Source: Rhina ancylostomus
Taxonomy: Eukaryota
DNA length: 61,983 nucleotides
Assembly (NCBI GenBank): GCA_030265395.1
Contig: JARFYF010000094.1
Span: 97,764,033-97,826,015, forward strand
Reading direction: 5' to 3'
The position numbers and the translations under genes were made by a program. Below the pieces are notes generated by a model. The model was not told the DNA's origin. It saw only the letters and a list, made by a program, of their open reading frames with translations, and searched no databases. Of this stretch, positions 1 through 13,097 are shown piece after piece; position 1 is the first letter of the stretch, and the number at the start of each line of letters is the position of its first letter.

Positions 1-258
1 GGCTCCTGTATCTTCTACCCGATGGAAGAGGAGAAAAGAGAGAATGTCCTGGGTGGGTGGGGTCTTTGATTATGCTGACTGCTTCACCAAGGCAGCGAGA
101 GGTACAGACAGAGTCCATAAAGGGGAGGCTGGTTTCCATGATGTGTTAAGCTGCGTTCACAACTCTCTACCATTTCTTGTGGTCCTGGGCAGAGCAATTG
201 CCATATATAATGCATCCAGATATGCTTTCTATGGTGTATCAATAAAAGTTGGTGAGTG
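1..258 (-). mobile_element. Decayed Rex1/Babar-type non-LTR retrotransposon, C-terminal ORF fragment
   Basis: Minus-strand reading with stops: LTNFY..TIES....YGNCSAQDHKK..RVVNAA.HIMETSLP...SIIKDPTHPGHSLFSPLPSGRRYRS, the typical C-terminus of this clade. Confidence 0.8.
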
Positions 259-1484
259 ATGAGGTTGGTGAGGGGATGATGCCTTTCAAGATAAGATGGT
301 AAACCAAACCACTTCCATTCTCTTAGGTTCTCTCAGAAGCCCACTTGTGTTTTGGGTCAAGAACCTTCATTGATGCTCCATAACAAATTGATGCCAGACT
401 CAATCTCACATATGGGCAAACTTCCAAATGCATCAAACATTCCATTAAGCATTCTTCTTCTTGAGGCAACCTGGTTAAAGTCTTCCAATTAGTCCGTTAC
501 AGGAGAACCTGAGTCCCCTCACTCTCAGATGAACTCCTACCTTGGCAATGCCTTTGGCCACAGCCTGTCTGAAGCCCACTTGTGTCAACTCTCTCACTGC
601 AAGCAGTTTGTAGCTTTGTTATCTCTTAATTCTCATTGATATCTGAGCTGACAGTTTTATGCATGAAGGAGAGTGGTGGTTCTGTGGTTGCTGTTATGTT
701 TGATTATTGTTATTCCACATTCATACATTTCCATTTTGAGAATGCTATTTGTATTTTCTCTTCAAGAGAAGTGGACAATTGAGTATTTTGGGCATGGCAA
801 TAAAGGAGGCAGCCTTTTTAAAACATTGTGCTCAGAAGAGAATTTGTATGATTTACTGCATATACAAGGGCTCAACATTTTCTGTTTGTGTGTGTTCATC
901 TCATCCTTTGCCATAAAGCTCCTGGGCTAGTTGAGTGTCAGAATGGAGAAGGCACCCGTGTTAGATAATGGTGACAGCAATGTCAGAAGGACATGTCAAT
1001 CAGAAACTGTGACATAAGTAAAATTAGGATCAGGGAAAAGGACAATGTATGAGAATACAGTCATCTGCAGTTGATTCAGCAATGTTAGTGGCTATGATCT
1101 GAGCTCTTGCTGTCCGGTGATGGCTAGCACTCTCTCCATGGGAGATAGAACATGGAGGTACAGCTACCACCTTCAAATCACTTTGTCCTGGGCAAGTGTA
1201 TCGTGAATGCAGTTCAATCCATTTTGATAACATTAATGTGAGGCTTGATTAGGTGGCACTGTGCAAACTGAGTAAAGAGTATAATGCTCACAGCAGCACT
1301 GAGTGCACAAAGGTGCAGTAGAGCATAAACATTGCAATATTGGCCTCCTGTCAATGTATGCAGCCAATGAACAGGGAGTTATCACTAATTTAGGAACATA
1401 AAGATAGCATGCTGTTTTCTTTGCAATCAACGGGCACAGGTTAATTGCACAATGATCATAATGTGCAGTCAGCCCCTGCTGATT

Positions 1485-1617
1485 GAAAAGCAAAAGTAAA
1501 ACTACAGATGCTGTGAATATGAAATAAAAACAAAATTCTAGAAATACTCAGCAGGTCAGACAGCATCTGTGGAGAGAAACAGAATTAATATTTCAGGTCA
1601 ATGACCTTTACATCACT
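1485..1617. repeat. Abundant chondrichthyan short interspersed repeat (probably Penelope-element-associated terminal sequence)
   Basis: acagatgctg..aaataaaaacaaaa..gaaatactcagcaggtcagacagcatctgtggagagaaacaga.ttaa..tttcaggtc; a related copy lies at 8185-8310. Family assignment is from recall. Confidence 0.6.
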
Positions 1618-4600
1618 GCACATTGAGATCAATTCAGCCCCACTACCACAACACTGTTTTGTCATGCTTGCTTTGTCCAGGTTTAAAATAGAAACAGCTA
1701 GGGTTATCACTAGAATGGAAAAACATTTACAAGTGAACTGATCAATTTCAGAAGATGACTTCTGAAAGAAATCATCTGTCATTTCTTTATCTGTAATTGA
1801 AATTTCTAACAAACAAATTGGGTATAAACTAAAACAAAAAATAATGTCTCAGGATAAAATTTACCATTGATTTGTCCTTTTAATTCTTAATTCATTCACA
1901 GTCTTAACCTATCTAAAATGTTTGAGCTTCAACTGACCTAGAAATTGGATTGCATACTGCCACATTTTAGTACATGTGTAACTAAAGTTAAAGAAAAGAA
2001 CCTCTGGCAAAGCAAGTTGCTTGTGATACTAAGTTCCATGCAATTCATTATTTTCCTTCCAGGTCTTCCTTTGCCTCACATGCAAGCACATGGACAAGCC
2101 TGGACAAAAACAGCAAAATCCAGTGCCATGAAGGCTACATCCATGATTTATATCAGCATGTGTGTAACCCCAATCTTGTGAACCATCAGGGTGGTTTTGT
2201 TGTTCCTTAACATTGGCTCAAACTGAGGACTCCAGCACTGAAAACCCATGAAGTAGATACTTGTGAAATAAAATACTTCAACTTGTTGACTGTCATTCTC
2301 AGGAAACCACTAATTCTCACTCTGGTTTTGACTTCTATTCCCCAGCCCCAACTGAACTCCTAATATTCTCCATCCTGACACTACCCCAAATCACCCATAC
2401 CTGTTTCCAACCCAACTCCATCTGCCCCTTGTGACAAGTCTCTCTATCAATGACTCAAGGTCCTAATTCTGCCACATCCAGTGCTGAGACACTTCCACAT
2501 CTGTCTATCTTGGGGCATCAGTTGAGGGCATAAGGACCTCAAGGGTCATTGGTGATGATAGGGGGTGGGGCAGCAGGAATTATGATCAGCAGTTGGGGGT
2601 TGTGGGCAGATGGAGGAACTAAGAGAAAACTGCAACAAAGCTGAAGTATCCTCCTTGAAAAACCCTTGCCTTGAGCCATTATTTACCTGCAAGTACTTAC
2701 ATGCTCAAGTCTCCAGCAGGTCACTTTGAAGGCTAATGAAGCAGACCTCAAGAACCATGAAAGCTTTCTTCTGTGTGAGTGATCTGTACTGCCTGTGGGT
2801 CACAAGTGTGTGCATCAAACTAGCAGATGTGGTGCCCATGCAGTTAGACACCACTATCATCCACAGATTATTCCATGAGGTTAGTAGTCAGGCACATGGA
2901 ACTCTGGAAGGAAAAAAAAAAATCACAAGTTCCCCAGACCTGCACTCCATGACCTAGACCTCCTACACCAGAGGATTTTACAGTGGTAGAGCCTCAAAAG
3001 TATTCATTGGCCCACTGTGCACTGCAAGTTTTATGCTCTTTTCTACGTGCCATAATGTCCAGGCCTCATCCTATATGACATCTGATAGACTTTTCAATCA
3101 CACCTGTGCAATCTGTTTTCTTTGTTGGGTCTCCTAGTGTGTAATCAGAGCTCCAAGCTCAGAGGGTTATGTTTTCTTGTTTACTGGGAATCTTAGTATG
3201 TCCTTTTTTGAAATGAATGTAAAAGAAAGCATAGATTAAATTCTGTAGGGGGTGAATCTCTAATTTTGGTAGATTTACAATGGAAGAATCCCACAGTTAA
3301 GACTTTCTGACAGAATTTCTGGTCAAATTCAATTTCAACTAACTCCAAACATTTAAAGCTTCCCCTTCAACCTTGTTGACACCCTTCTTGGAATTTGCCA
3401 AGTCTGACTGACTTCACAAATATGTAATTACAAATATGATAGCAACCTAGACTGATAGGTAAAAGGCATCCCAATTGACTGTCAGCTAATACAGGTGAAA
3501 TAAAGGGAGTTTGAATACCAATTTCTACTACCAACTGAAATACTTTATTTGACCACTCACCATTTCATCAAAGATGCAGCTCTGTTATTCATTGCTACAC
3601 TCTTCTCTCTGAGAATACCACTCCAAACAACTTGTGTCACAGGTTTATTTCACAGAAATGCCAGGGCAACTATTAGATTCCTTGCTAACTTCAAATACAA
3701 AACAGTCACCATACCTTCCATTATCAAGTATCACAGGATAAAAATGGTTTGAAGGTGAGAGGTCCCCTTTGGTGGGGGGGAAAGAAAGGAAAGGGGAAGG
3801 GAGGGAAGGTCAATCCATGTTGGCATTGTGCTGCATTTACCTTGGTAAGAGTTAAGTAAGAAGGAGGAGGTCTGCTATTAAGTGTGCAGATAACATGGGC
3901 GAGTTTAACTTTAGTATTGGGTTTATTTTACGTTTTAACAGGAAAAAATCTTACCTTATCATAAAGCAAGTCTGCAATCTGTGAACTGAGTGTCACAACG
4001 TTGATCAAAGAGCAAGCTCACAGAGAATCCAAGTGTGGCACACTAATACAAGACTGGAGTCAGCATACTTCCTCAGGACAAAACACAGGCAATGACTGGA
4101 AGGAATCTTGCCTCAGAGATCAGAAGAGGAATCCCAACACAAACTGGAACTTCAGAAAGGAAGAGAGAACATAGAACTGCTCTAGAGTAAACCACCCTAA
4201 GCAACTANNNNNNNNNNNNNNNNNNNNNNNNNNNNNNNNNNNNNNNNNNNNNNNNNNNNNNNNNNNNNNNNNNNNNNNNNNNNNNNNNNNNNNNNNNNNN
4301 NNNNNNNATGGGGCTCAGGTGAGTGTTATTATTCAATCAGTCCAACATGGAATCCATGTGCTGGACAACAAGGCATTCAAGGAGCCAAATTGAGGGCCAG
4401 AACTCAGAACCATGACACTGAGAGCAGGAATACTCACTTAGTCTGTTTACATTATAAGCATTGGTAATGTGTGTAAAGCTCTTTCTAACTTGAGATAATT
4501 CAGATTGCAGATTGGTAACATAAATAAGAAACCTTGTCTAGAACAAGTTCAGCACCTACTGGTTTAATGCTTCCTCTCATGAAACCTAAAACAAATTTTA

Positions 4601-6089
4601 ATTAAAAATAACAAACTAGCAGATGCTGTTAATATTTTTTTTGCTGGAAGTAATCCTTGAAACTAAGCAAATATCCTTCAGAACCAATTCAATGGCAAAT
4701 GATCAGATATATGCCAACCGATTCAGCAATTGTGATAAGATTGTAGCATAACTTTGCTTCATGTGGCATACGTTAAAAAGATATCCCCCATCATACAACA
4801 CATGGTATAAAATAAGAGCCTGACTTTAAAAACATAATGATTATCTCATGCAAAATATCAGAGTCTGAACTAAAACAGGCAATTCTGGAATGAGAAAGAA
4901 AATTCTACACAGTCAATTCGGCTACCGTACCATCTGCAAGAAGTTTTTATGCAACACATACACATTATATTTTGAGGTATCAGTTGTACTTAAAGATCTT
5001 CCCATTTGTGTAGTTAGCATTAAGGTAATCCCCAGTGTTTCCTCATCATCTTAATAACATGACTATTAAAATGCATTGCAGTGACATCTAAAAAGTGACT
5101 TTTGTAACTCTTTGTTATTTTGTAATGGAATCAAACTAGGTCAGCAATGAAAGTGAAAAGAAATTATAACAACATCTCACATTGTTATATATTCCAAGTT
5201 CACAGACTAAAAACTTACTATCCTGTATCATGAAAATGTTAGCTACTTTCAGAGTGCACCTTATACAACCTTAAAGATTAAATCTATCAATGGCCACATT
5301 GTCTGGTTGATGTTCCAGAGGATAGGAACTGTAAGAAAAATAACAGTCTGTATCCTTACTGCAAAGATGCACAAGTTTATGAATGAGCTAAATTCATATT
5401 TACCATAAACCAGAGCAAATTGTCAAACTCCAGGGTTTACAAATATTGCAATATTTAAATATTCTTTAAATTGTGCAAAGAAACAGTCCTTTATGCCAGC
5501 TTGAATATTGTAATGTTTGAATGTATTTGATATATAAGTAGTAAGAAGAAAAATAAAATAACTGGTTTAAGATAATAAAATGCATCAAAAGCTTTCATTA
5601 ATGCTCAGCAGTTAACATTGCAAAGCATAACCTATTTCAATGAAATTACTTTTCAAGCAAAGGAAAAAATAAACAGATCAATGCCACCTTTGAAATGGCA
5701 GAGGAAGCAGTTTCTCCCAAAGTACATGTGCAATAGTACAACATGGTTGTATTTTCCAGGGATTTGTTTCTGAAATATTTAATAAACATCTGGAAATATT
5801 TAACAAAAATCCAAAATGCACCATACTTTAGTTAATATTAAGTGCACACAATGTTTATTATAATTATGGTACAGCTCAAAATAAATACTCAAAAAGCTGG
5901 ACTAGCATCAAAAATTCTGAATTCATGCCTGACAACTTTGTAGAGATTAGTGAGCTGAATAATTTAGATACTTAAATTTAAACACAAATTATCGAGATTT
6001 TCTTTTAACTTTCCCATTCCTCTATTCTGGTAATTTAACACAAAAATATTCCATCAGAAATCGATGCTTGAGGATTTTCAATGTAGTTA

Positions 6090-6345
6090 ACTGGGGATCC
6101 TTTCTATCATTTTAACTAGAATTTTGAGAATCTGTTAATTAGTATTTGGGGGAATAATTTAACCTCTCATCAGTGTTTTAGATATCACTTCTGCAATTAA
6201 CCAATATTACTCAATATTTTGAGATCCATTCTATCATTAACAAATCCCTGCCAATAACCACTGCTTTGATTAATTCCATTATTAAAAACAGTTTTGATTC
6301 ATTCTGTCACTAATCAGTGTTTTGCTGATACTTTCTGTCATTCTC
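6090..6345. repeat. Highly decayed tandem repeat, unit about 30 bp (approximately GATCCATTCTRTCATTAAYCAGTGTTTT)
   Basis: Recurring gatcctttctatcatt / gatccattctatcattaa / gattcattctgtcactaatcagtgtttt / gatactttctgtcatt. Confidence 0.4.
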
Positions 6346-8021
6346 TCTCTTTTCTGTGCAGAGATAGGTATGACAATGACTTAGTACAAAATATTCCATT
6401 TTGATGCACGAAACTCTACTGCTGTTTTAAGAATTATGTTCTCTCTTAAGCTTCCCAAGCCAGGATGTGTTAACAATAAGTTCAGCATTCATCAACATGT
6501 TTGATCACCTGATTTCTTTATCAAAATTATATATCTTTTCACTAGGTTGCATCATCATATTTTTCAGCCTTTTGAAGGAGGACAATTAAGCTTTGATTCT
6601 ACACAATTCCATGACTAAAGAATTGAAAATGGAAAGGTTGTGGTTTAAGTACAGTCTAACATCTGGTACCACTGTGCTGAAGTATATGTGGCAGCCTCCC
6701 TCCCTGTTTTAATTAAAGACTTCTTTAAGAAATGTCCACCTAAATGTTTGGGAAATTACATTTTTCTTTATATTATTAATCTGTTTTGATTTGTTGAGAA
6801 ATGCATGACCAGGGTCTTTCAAAACTTCTAAGAAGATGTTGGCAACTAACACCATACATAAATGAACTTGCTTCTACCCTTCATTCTTCCATTATTGACT
6901 TTCCTCTTGAGCTACCACACACATCAATGAGATGAATTCTGCTAGTCGATATTTAAGTCTTGGGTTAATTAGCTAAATGAAAATAAAGCAAAGGGCTTTA
7001 TACTGGATGAACATGCAGGACAACCTCCCGTACAAATGTTTTAGGAACTATTTCTGAACTTTCTTCAAAGGTTCTGCTTACAAGTCAGGGTAACCCTTGA
7101 ATGATAAATTGTTTAATCTGCAAAGCCATAGCATTTTAAATTGCTGTTTGGACCCCCACCCTTTAAATGTTTTCACCCAGCAAAACAATATTATTTTAAT
7201 AATTTTTCTCCAGAGATTTCAACTTAAATTCACCTAAAACTGCACTTACAAAATTAATGAAAACAACAATTGGACTGACTCACTAATACCTCACTGATAA
7301 GAAAATGAAAACTAGCTGTTTTAGCCACCAGGTCAAATATGCATTTTAATCATGTTATTAAGATATCTTTTCTGCTAAGCATAAGATCATTTGGATTTTC
7401 ACAACAGGCATTCCTTGGGGTCCCTTCTTCAATGTGCTTAATTTTCTATTGCACTGGTTGGAAGTCCAAAAAGAACTTAATTTTTAACTTGTTCTGGGAG
7501 AACAGTAAACTCACAGTCAGCTAACTTTGTTTCTTCAGTCTCCGAGGTGAATAAATGACTACTATCCAGTTACTGCTTTTGCCCATGATATTTAATACAA
7601 TACATTAATTCATTCAATCACTATTTTACCATACCCAGACTTCTTAACTGTATGCATGTGTACATAGGAATGTATTGTCCTAATTGAATGAAAGCTTTTG
7701 CTATATTTAGTGAGATTATTGCTGCTGAAAACTTACTAAATAAATACAGAATATTAACAGATTTTTTTTACTTCCTTTGCCACCTATTTTAGAGGCAACT
7801 TTCCAAATTCTGTGGCATTCGCAATATTTCCCCCTAAATATTAGAGGTTATTTATTAGATGTGAATTGAGCATTTTTTTTACTAATTAATATCAAAATAC
7901 TTGTTATAAATTAGAGTTTTACACCATCTAATTAAGAAAACGAACAATATAACTGACAAATTACTGCGAGTAGCTTTAAAGATTTCTTTAATCAAAACTG
8001 TTACTCTTCTTACATCTGTGA

Positions 8022-8466
8022 ACAAGGCCATTTGGCCTACCAAGTCTATGTCAGATCCCAGAGCATCCCCATCTGTCCCATTCCCCCAAGTGTTTCCCTA
8101 TAAACTGTTCTCTCCTTCTTGACTTTCATATACCTGCAGTGCATGAACACTAGGATTTAGAGTGCCCAAGTAACCTATCAACCAAAGGAAAACATAAGAC
8201 TGCAGATACTGGACCCTTAAACAACAACAGAAAGGCTGGAAGAACTGAGTCAAATAGCATATGTGGAAAAATAAACCAGTTAATGTTTCAAGTCGAAGAA
8301 CCTTCATCAGAACCTATTAACTAGTTTGTCTTTGGGATGAGGGAGGAAATAAATGCAGTCACAGGGAGGAAATGCACACTCCACACATGCAGCACTTGAT
8401 ATGATGACTGATCCCAGGTCATTGGAGATGTGCAACTGCAGCAAAAACTGCCACTCCACTGTGCCA
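8022..8466 (-). mobile_element. HE1-like V-SINE (tRNA-derived head, V domain, CR1-type tail), interrupted by another repeat
   Basis: Minus strand starts ggcacagtgg...gacctgggatc (A/B-box-like), then the V-domain gtgtggagtgtgcatttcctccctgtgactgc, and ends in ..tagacttggtaggccaaatggcct. Confidence 0.75.
8185..8310. repeat. Second copy of the 1485-1617 repeat family, inserted in the V-SINE with an approximately 13-bp target-site duplication
   Basis: gactgcagatactgga...acagaaaggctggaagaact...gcatatgtgga...gttaatgtttcaagtcgaagaaccttcatcag, flanked by aacctatcaacca (8172-8184) and aacctattaacta (8311-8323). Confidence 0.65.
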
Positions 8467-8529
8467 GTGGTGTGTGGGATCCCCAAATGAAAGGATAAAA
8501 TTTCAGCAGAATCAGGCCTCAAAATTCCA

Positions 8530-8625
8530 GGCAACATCCTGGTAAATTTTTTCTGCGGTCTTTCTGGTTTACTAACATCTTTCCTTTAAATGGGGTGACC
8601 AAATCTGAACACAATACTCCAAGTT
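8530..8625 (-). mobile_element. CR1 LINE ORF2 fragment
   Basis: Minus strand encodes LEYCVQIWSPH, the CR1 LEYCVQFWSP motif. Confidence 0.75.
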
Positions 8626-8879
8626 AATTGTAATCACTTGTAATCACTCCAATACTGTAATCACTTGCAAAGCTCTGCTTTCCAAGAACAATGTGGGCAT
8701 ATTAGTGAAATGTTAGTTTGAATTACTGCTTGTACATCTTTCAGGTGATGTGTTAAACNNNNNNNNNNNNNNNNNNNNNNNNNNNNNNNNNNNNNNNNNN
8801 NNNNNNNNNNNNNNNNNNNNNNNNNNNNNNNNNNNNNNNNNNNNNNNNNNNNNNNNNNNNNNNNNNNNNNNNNNNNNNN

Positions 8880-9361
8880 ACCAAAGACTCTTGCAAATTT
8901 CTACAGATGTACAGTGGAGAGCATTCTGACTGGTTGCATCACCACCTGGTATGGAGCTTCGAATGCACAAGATCACAAGAGGCTGCAGAGGGATATAGAC
9001 TAAGCCAGCTCTATCATGGACACAACCGTCCCCACCATCCAGGACATTTTCAGGAGGTGGTGCCTCAAGAAGGTGGCACCCATCACTAAGGATTCCCATG
9101 ATCTGGGAGACACAGTCTTCATGTTATGACCATCAGGGAGGAGGTACAGGAACCTGAAGACCCACACTCAACAATTCAGGAACAGCTTCATCCCCTCCAC
9201 CATCAGATTTCTGAATGATCCATGAACACTACCTCATTATTCCTATTTTGCGTTATTAATATATTTTTGTAATTTATAGATTTTATGTCTTTGCACTACT
9301 GCTGTCACAAAACAACAAATTTCACATCATTTGTCAATGGTAATAAATCTGACTCTGATTC
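8880..9361 (+). mobile_element. Rex1/Babar-type LINE 3' end with UTR and short-repeat tail
   Basis: PKTLANFYRCTVESILTGCITTWYGASNAQDHKRLQR...PTIQDIFRRWCLKK...PSGRRYRNLKTHTQQFRNSFIPSTIRFLN, followed by a T-rich UTR and aataaatctgactctgattc tail. Confidence 0.85.
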
Positions 9362-9531
9362 AGTACAACACAGGAACAGGCTCTTCATCCCACAATGTCC
9401 ATGCCTCTCATGATGCCAATTTAAATTAATCATATCTACCTACACATGTTTTATATCTCTCCATTCCCTGCCTGCTCATGTGTCTGTCTAAGTTCCTCTT
9501 AAACATTCCTATCATACCTACTTCCACCACA
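9362..9531 (-). mobile_element. CR1 (HER1-like) LINE 3' terminus, tail-to-tail with the preceding LINE
   Basis: acacaggaacaggctcttcatcccacaatgtccatgcc...tgtctgtctaagttcctcttaaac...ttccaccac is the reverse of the elasmobranch CR1 3' end. Confidence 0.7.
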
Positions 9532-10094
9532 TATGGTCTTATGCTCATCTTTTTTATAGCAAAAAGTGATTCTGGCATATGTCCTTCAACTGAGATACTA
9601 AATTTACTGGCCTTTGCTCTTCATGGAAATATGCTGTGCAATGTTTGTTTTTGCATTGTCTGACATAAACAGTAGTAAAAATTAGTTCCTTGCCTGTGGA
9701 AAACTTTGGAACAATCAGAAGATGTGAACAGTTCTTAGAAATCAAGGTTGTCCTTTCTGCTATTATGTCTGAATGAAGCAGAGGTTTATTAGTGGCAGAA
9801 ACTGAAATGAAACAGTGTATGAGTCTGGAAGAACATTGACCATCTTCAATGTTTCATTTTACAGAATACTCTCCATCTTTTCTTACTGGGGCATGACCAG
9901 ATTGTCACTGCTACATCTGCCATCTCTAAAATGTGTCTAGCATTTTCAGCACACAACAAAGCATACTCAATCAAGTTGATCTTTTTTTGCTACACTCTAG
10001 TTGCTGAGAGGGCATCCAACCAATAACATGATAATATCGCCAAGCTGAAATTTGTTTGTCTTTGAGTGAAGAATATTTTTGTTTTAATTTATTT

Positions 10095-10432
10095 TGTTGC
10101 TGGATGTGGACATTGCTGACAAAGCCACTTGTTTATCATCTATCCCTTATTGCCCTTAAACTAGGTAGTCATTTAGCACTGGAGCTGGAGTCACAGATCG
10201 GACATGGAATGAATGGCAGATTCCTTCACTGAAGAATATTAGTGAACTGGATAGCTTTTAAAAATCACCTATTTGTTTCATGGTTACAATCTCTTGTATT
10301 TCTCGTAACAGATTTATTTAATTACCTGAATTTAAACTTCCCAGTTGCCATGGTAAGAATTGAACTTATGTCTTGGAATTAATAGTCAAGCCATTGGATC
10401 CTAATCCAGTAATTGAACCACAGTGCTATCTT
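10095..10432 (-). mobile_element. Decayed Deu-SINE (SacSINE1-like)
   Basis: ggatgtggacattgctgacaaagcc...tcccttattgccctt tail; ctggagtcaca...ggcagattccttcactgaag.atattagtgaac core; tRNA-like head ...gaattgaact...ccagtaattgaaccac. Confidence 0.65.
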
Positions 10433-12399
10433 ACCAATAATATTATACCAGGATATCTATAGTGAGCAATGTACATTATGCACAGAAAATATTATAACTG
10501 AACATTTAAGGATGGTAAAAAAGAATTATAATACACTTTCTCATTTTCATTTTGTGGTGTCCACAAAAATATTTTCAATGAGATGATGATCTGGTGTCAG
10601 CCACCTGGTCATTATACTCGATAAAGGCTTGGAATAATAACCAAGGTTGGTTTTTCTATTGATTCAACCATCATTATAAAAAAAAATCCCTTTCTCCAGA
10701 TGATCATTGATGCTGCCTGCTCTTAAATGATTTTATGACTGGTCTGAAGCACAGGTGAGGCATTCTGATCCTGTACTGGCAGCTGTTCCTATGTGGAGAG
10801 AGGTGTGGAGGAAGATGCCTTCTCCTTTGCACTATGTGAAGGAAAATATGGACATACTCATTCTTAGATTTTGCATATCATAATTTTACTGTGCTCCATA
10901 ATCGTAAGAAAAAAACATTTCCCACGTATGTACTCTTGCCTTGAGACATAACGTACAATGTAATTTAATGCATTAGACTTTTCTACTTTTACTTGTCTTC
11001 TATAAATTCACTCCTAGCTTTCCCAAGCATATTAAATTCCAAACACAAAATCTAATTCAAGCATAATTATAAACCAGAGTAAAATTTCAATGCCATTTCT
11101 ATTTCCCACCATGTACTTGAATACCTGTTCCATACCTAACAGTCGAACAGAAATTTCTGATCCAGGAATAAAATGTTTCCTAATTTCCTTTGATACTCAA
11201 ATCAATTCATACATCCTTTGCCAACTTTCATGGGTGGTCATGTTTCATAGAAATAGAAAATTGTTACGATACAATTTTCTCTGTTATTTTGTTAAGTTTA
11301 ATTGCTGAATAAATATTATTTTTAATATTCTGGTTTGCTTATGTTGTGACAGTTTGAATGCTTGTAAGTAGCATGAGGCAAGGCTTTGCTAACAGATGAT
11401 TGGTCATTCCAAACTTTAAGCTGTTTCTTTCCTGGGAGAGTGAGTGGATCAAGGTTTATTATATGCAGTAGATCCATTTTGAATGCATAACATCTTTCTG
11501 TCCACTCTCTAATTTCTCTCCAATCACGATGTTTATCATTTTCAAAATGAAAAAGCATGCAAATTTTATTCAATAAACAATTCCTTGAGGTATTTAAGGT
11601 GGAAAATATTGAATCAGCCTGTGATTTCCTCCTTCCTCTAGGCTGACGTCTTGTCCTTCTCACCACCCTCAAGAGAACCCAGCTGAGAATAGGTCTCCTA
11701 GAGCTTTGTCCACACTGCAGCTGAGATTTAGCCCTGAGTCTAGCTAAAAGTGTCAATCAGTGGTGGGGAGCAAATTGGTGACCAAAAGAGTGGCAGCCCC
11801 ATCCACTCACCACCCCTACCCCAGATCATAGTCCTATTGCCCAGAGCTCTTTTTCATACTCTAACTTTGTCTCCAAGGCCAAGCCACCCAGGAATAACAC
11901 CACAGTTAATGAGAATTAGTCAGCTTTCATGAGAAATCAGAATGACCTGGGGACCCACAAAGATGTATGTGAAGAACTAGGGTGGGTTGTTAAGGTTGTC
12001 ATGAAGGAATGGAAATGAAAGCTTTGCAATGAGACTCCTAGCGTATATGTATGGGAGCAGGAGGTGTACTCCTTGCTTTCAAGGAAACGTTAATAAGCTA
12101 AATGTACTTGCATACTTGGGCCCCCTGCCTCCTGCCTCCCCCCCTCCCCCCATGCACTTCGACCCTGTTTGTTGCCAACTTTCATTGGTAGGTTTGAGCT
12201 TTCATTGGACCTGCAGTTAAAATTATGAACACTTCTTCATTATGTCATTGGTATATGATTTTGCCATTTTCATTAAGACTTCAGAATTCTGAGATAAGTA
12301 TCTATATCATTAGGTCCTCTTGCCTGATTTCAGACTAATTCAACTTGTATGACATGGGAATGGGCAGGAGTGTGTCATGGAGTAACATCCCACTACACA

Positions 12400-13097
12400 T
12401 ACATATGAATGTATGAATTAGGAGCAGGAATAGGCCAGTCAGCTCTTTACACCTATGCTAACATTTAATAACATCATTGCCAATCTGATTGTGTTCCATA
12501 TTCCCATCTACCAGAGGTAACCTTTCACACACTTCCTTATCAAGTATCTAAATAACTCTGCCTTAAAAAGATTCAGATGCTTAGTTCCACCACTCTTTGA
12601 GGAAAAGAGTTCAATGACTTATGACACTCTGAGACAAATCATTTCATCTCATCTCATCTCTTTCTTAAATGGCTGACCTCTTATTTTGCCCCAGTGACCC
12701 CTAGTTCAAGGTACTCCCACAAGAGAAAACATCTTCTCCCCATTCACTGTGTCAAGAACGCCCAGGATATATATGGTTCAACCAAGTCCCCACTCACTCT
12801 TTTGAACATCACAAGTTATAAGCCTGGCCTGTCCAACTTTTACTCATAAGACGACTTGTCCATTCAAAGTATCAGGCTACTGACACTTCGGTGCTTTGCT
12901 GCTAATGCATTAACATCCTTCCTTAAAAAGGGAGACCAACACAATGCACAGAACTCCAGATGTGGTTTTACAAAGCATAAACTTCTTATTTAATTTCTCT
13001 CACAATAAACAAAACATTTTATTAGCTTTCCTAATTATTTGCACTACTAATCACTATTCTTTGCTAAATCATTTGTACCAGGGCATCTAGATCCCTA
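12400..13097 (-). mobile_element. CR1 LINE 3' portion (about 700 bp, decayed)
   Basis: Begins with tail gaattaggagcaggaataggcc; minus strand includes PHLEFCA..WSP (aatgcacagaactccagatgtgg) and RDL motif (tctagatccct). Confidence 0.8.

Noticed and set aside
280-3000. Further probable old transposon remnants (about 280-620, 960-1460, 2460-2960)
   Set aside because: Look repeat-derived, but I could not read a diagnostic motif, so they are left unclassified.
11322-11756. 144-aa minus-strand ORF
   Set aside because: Non-ATG start, no domain, no clear splice context, in a repeat-rich CpG-depleted region.
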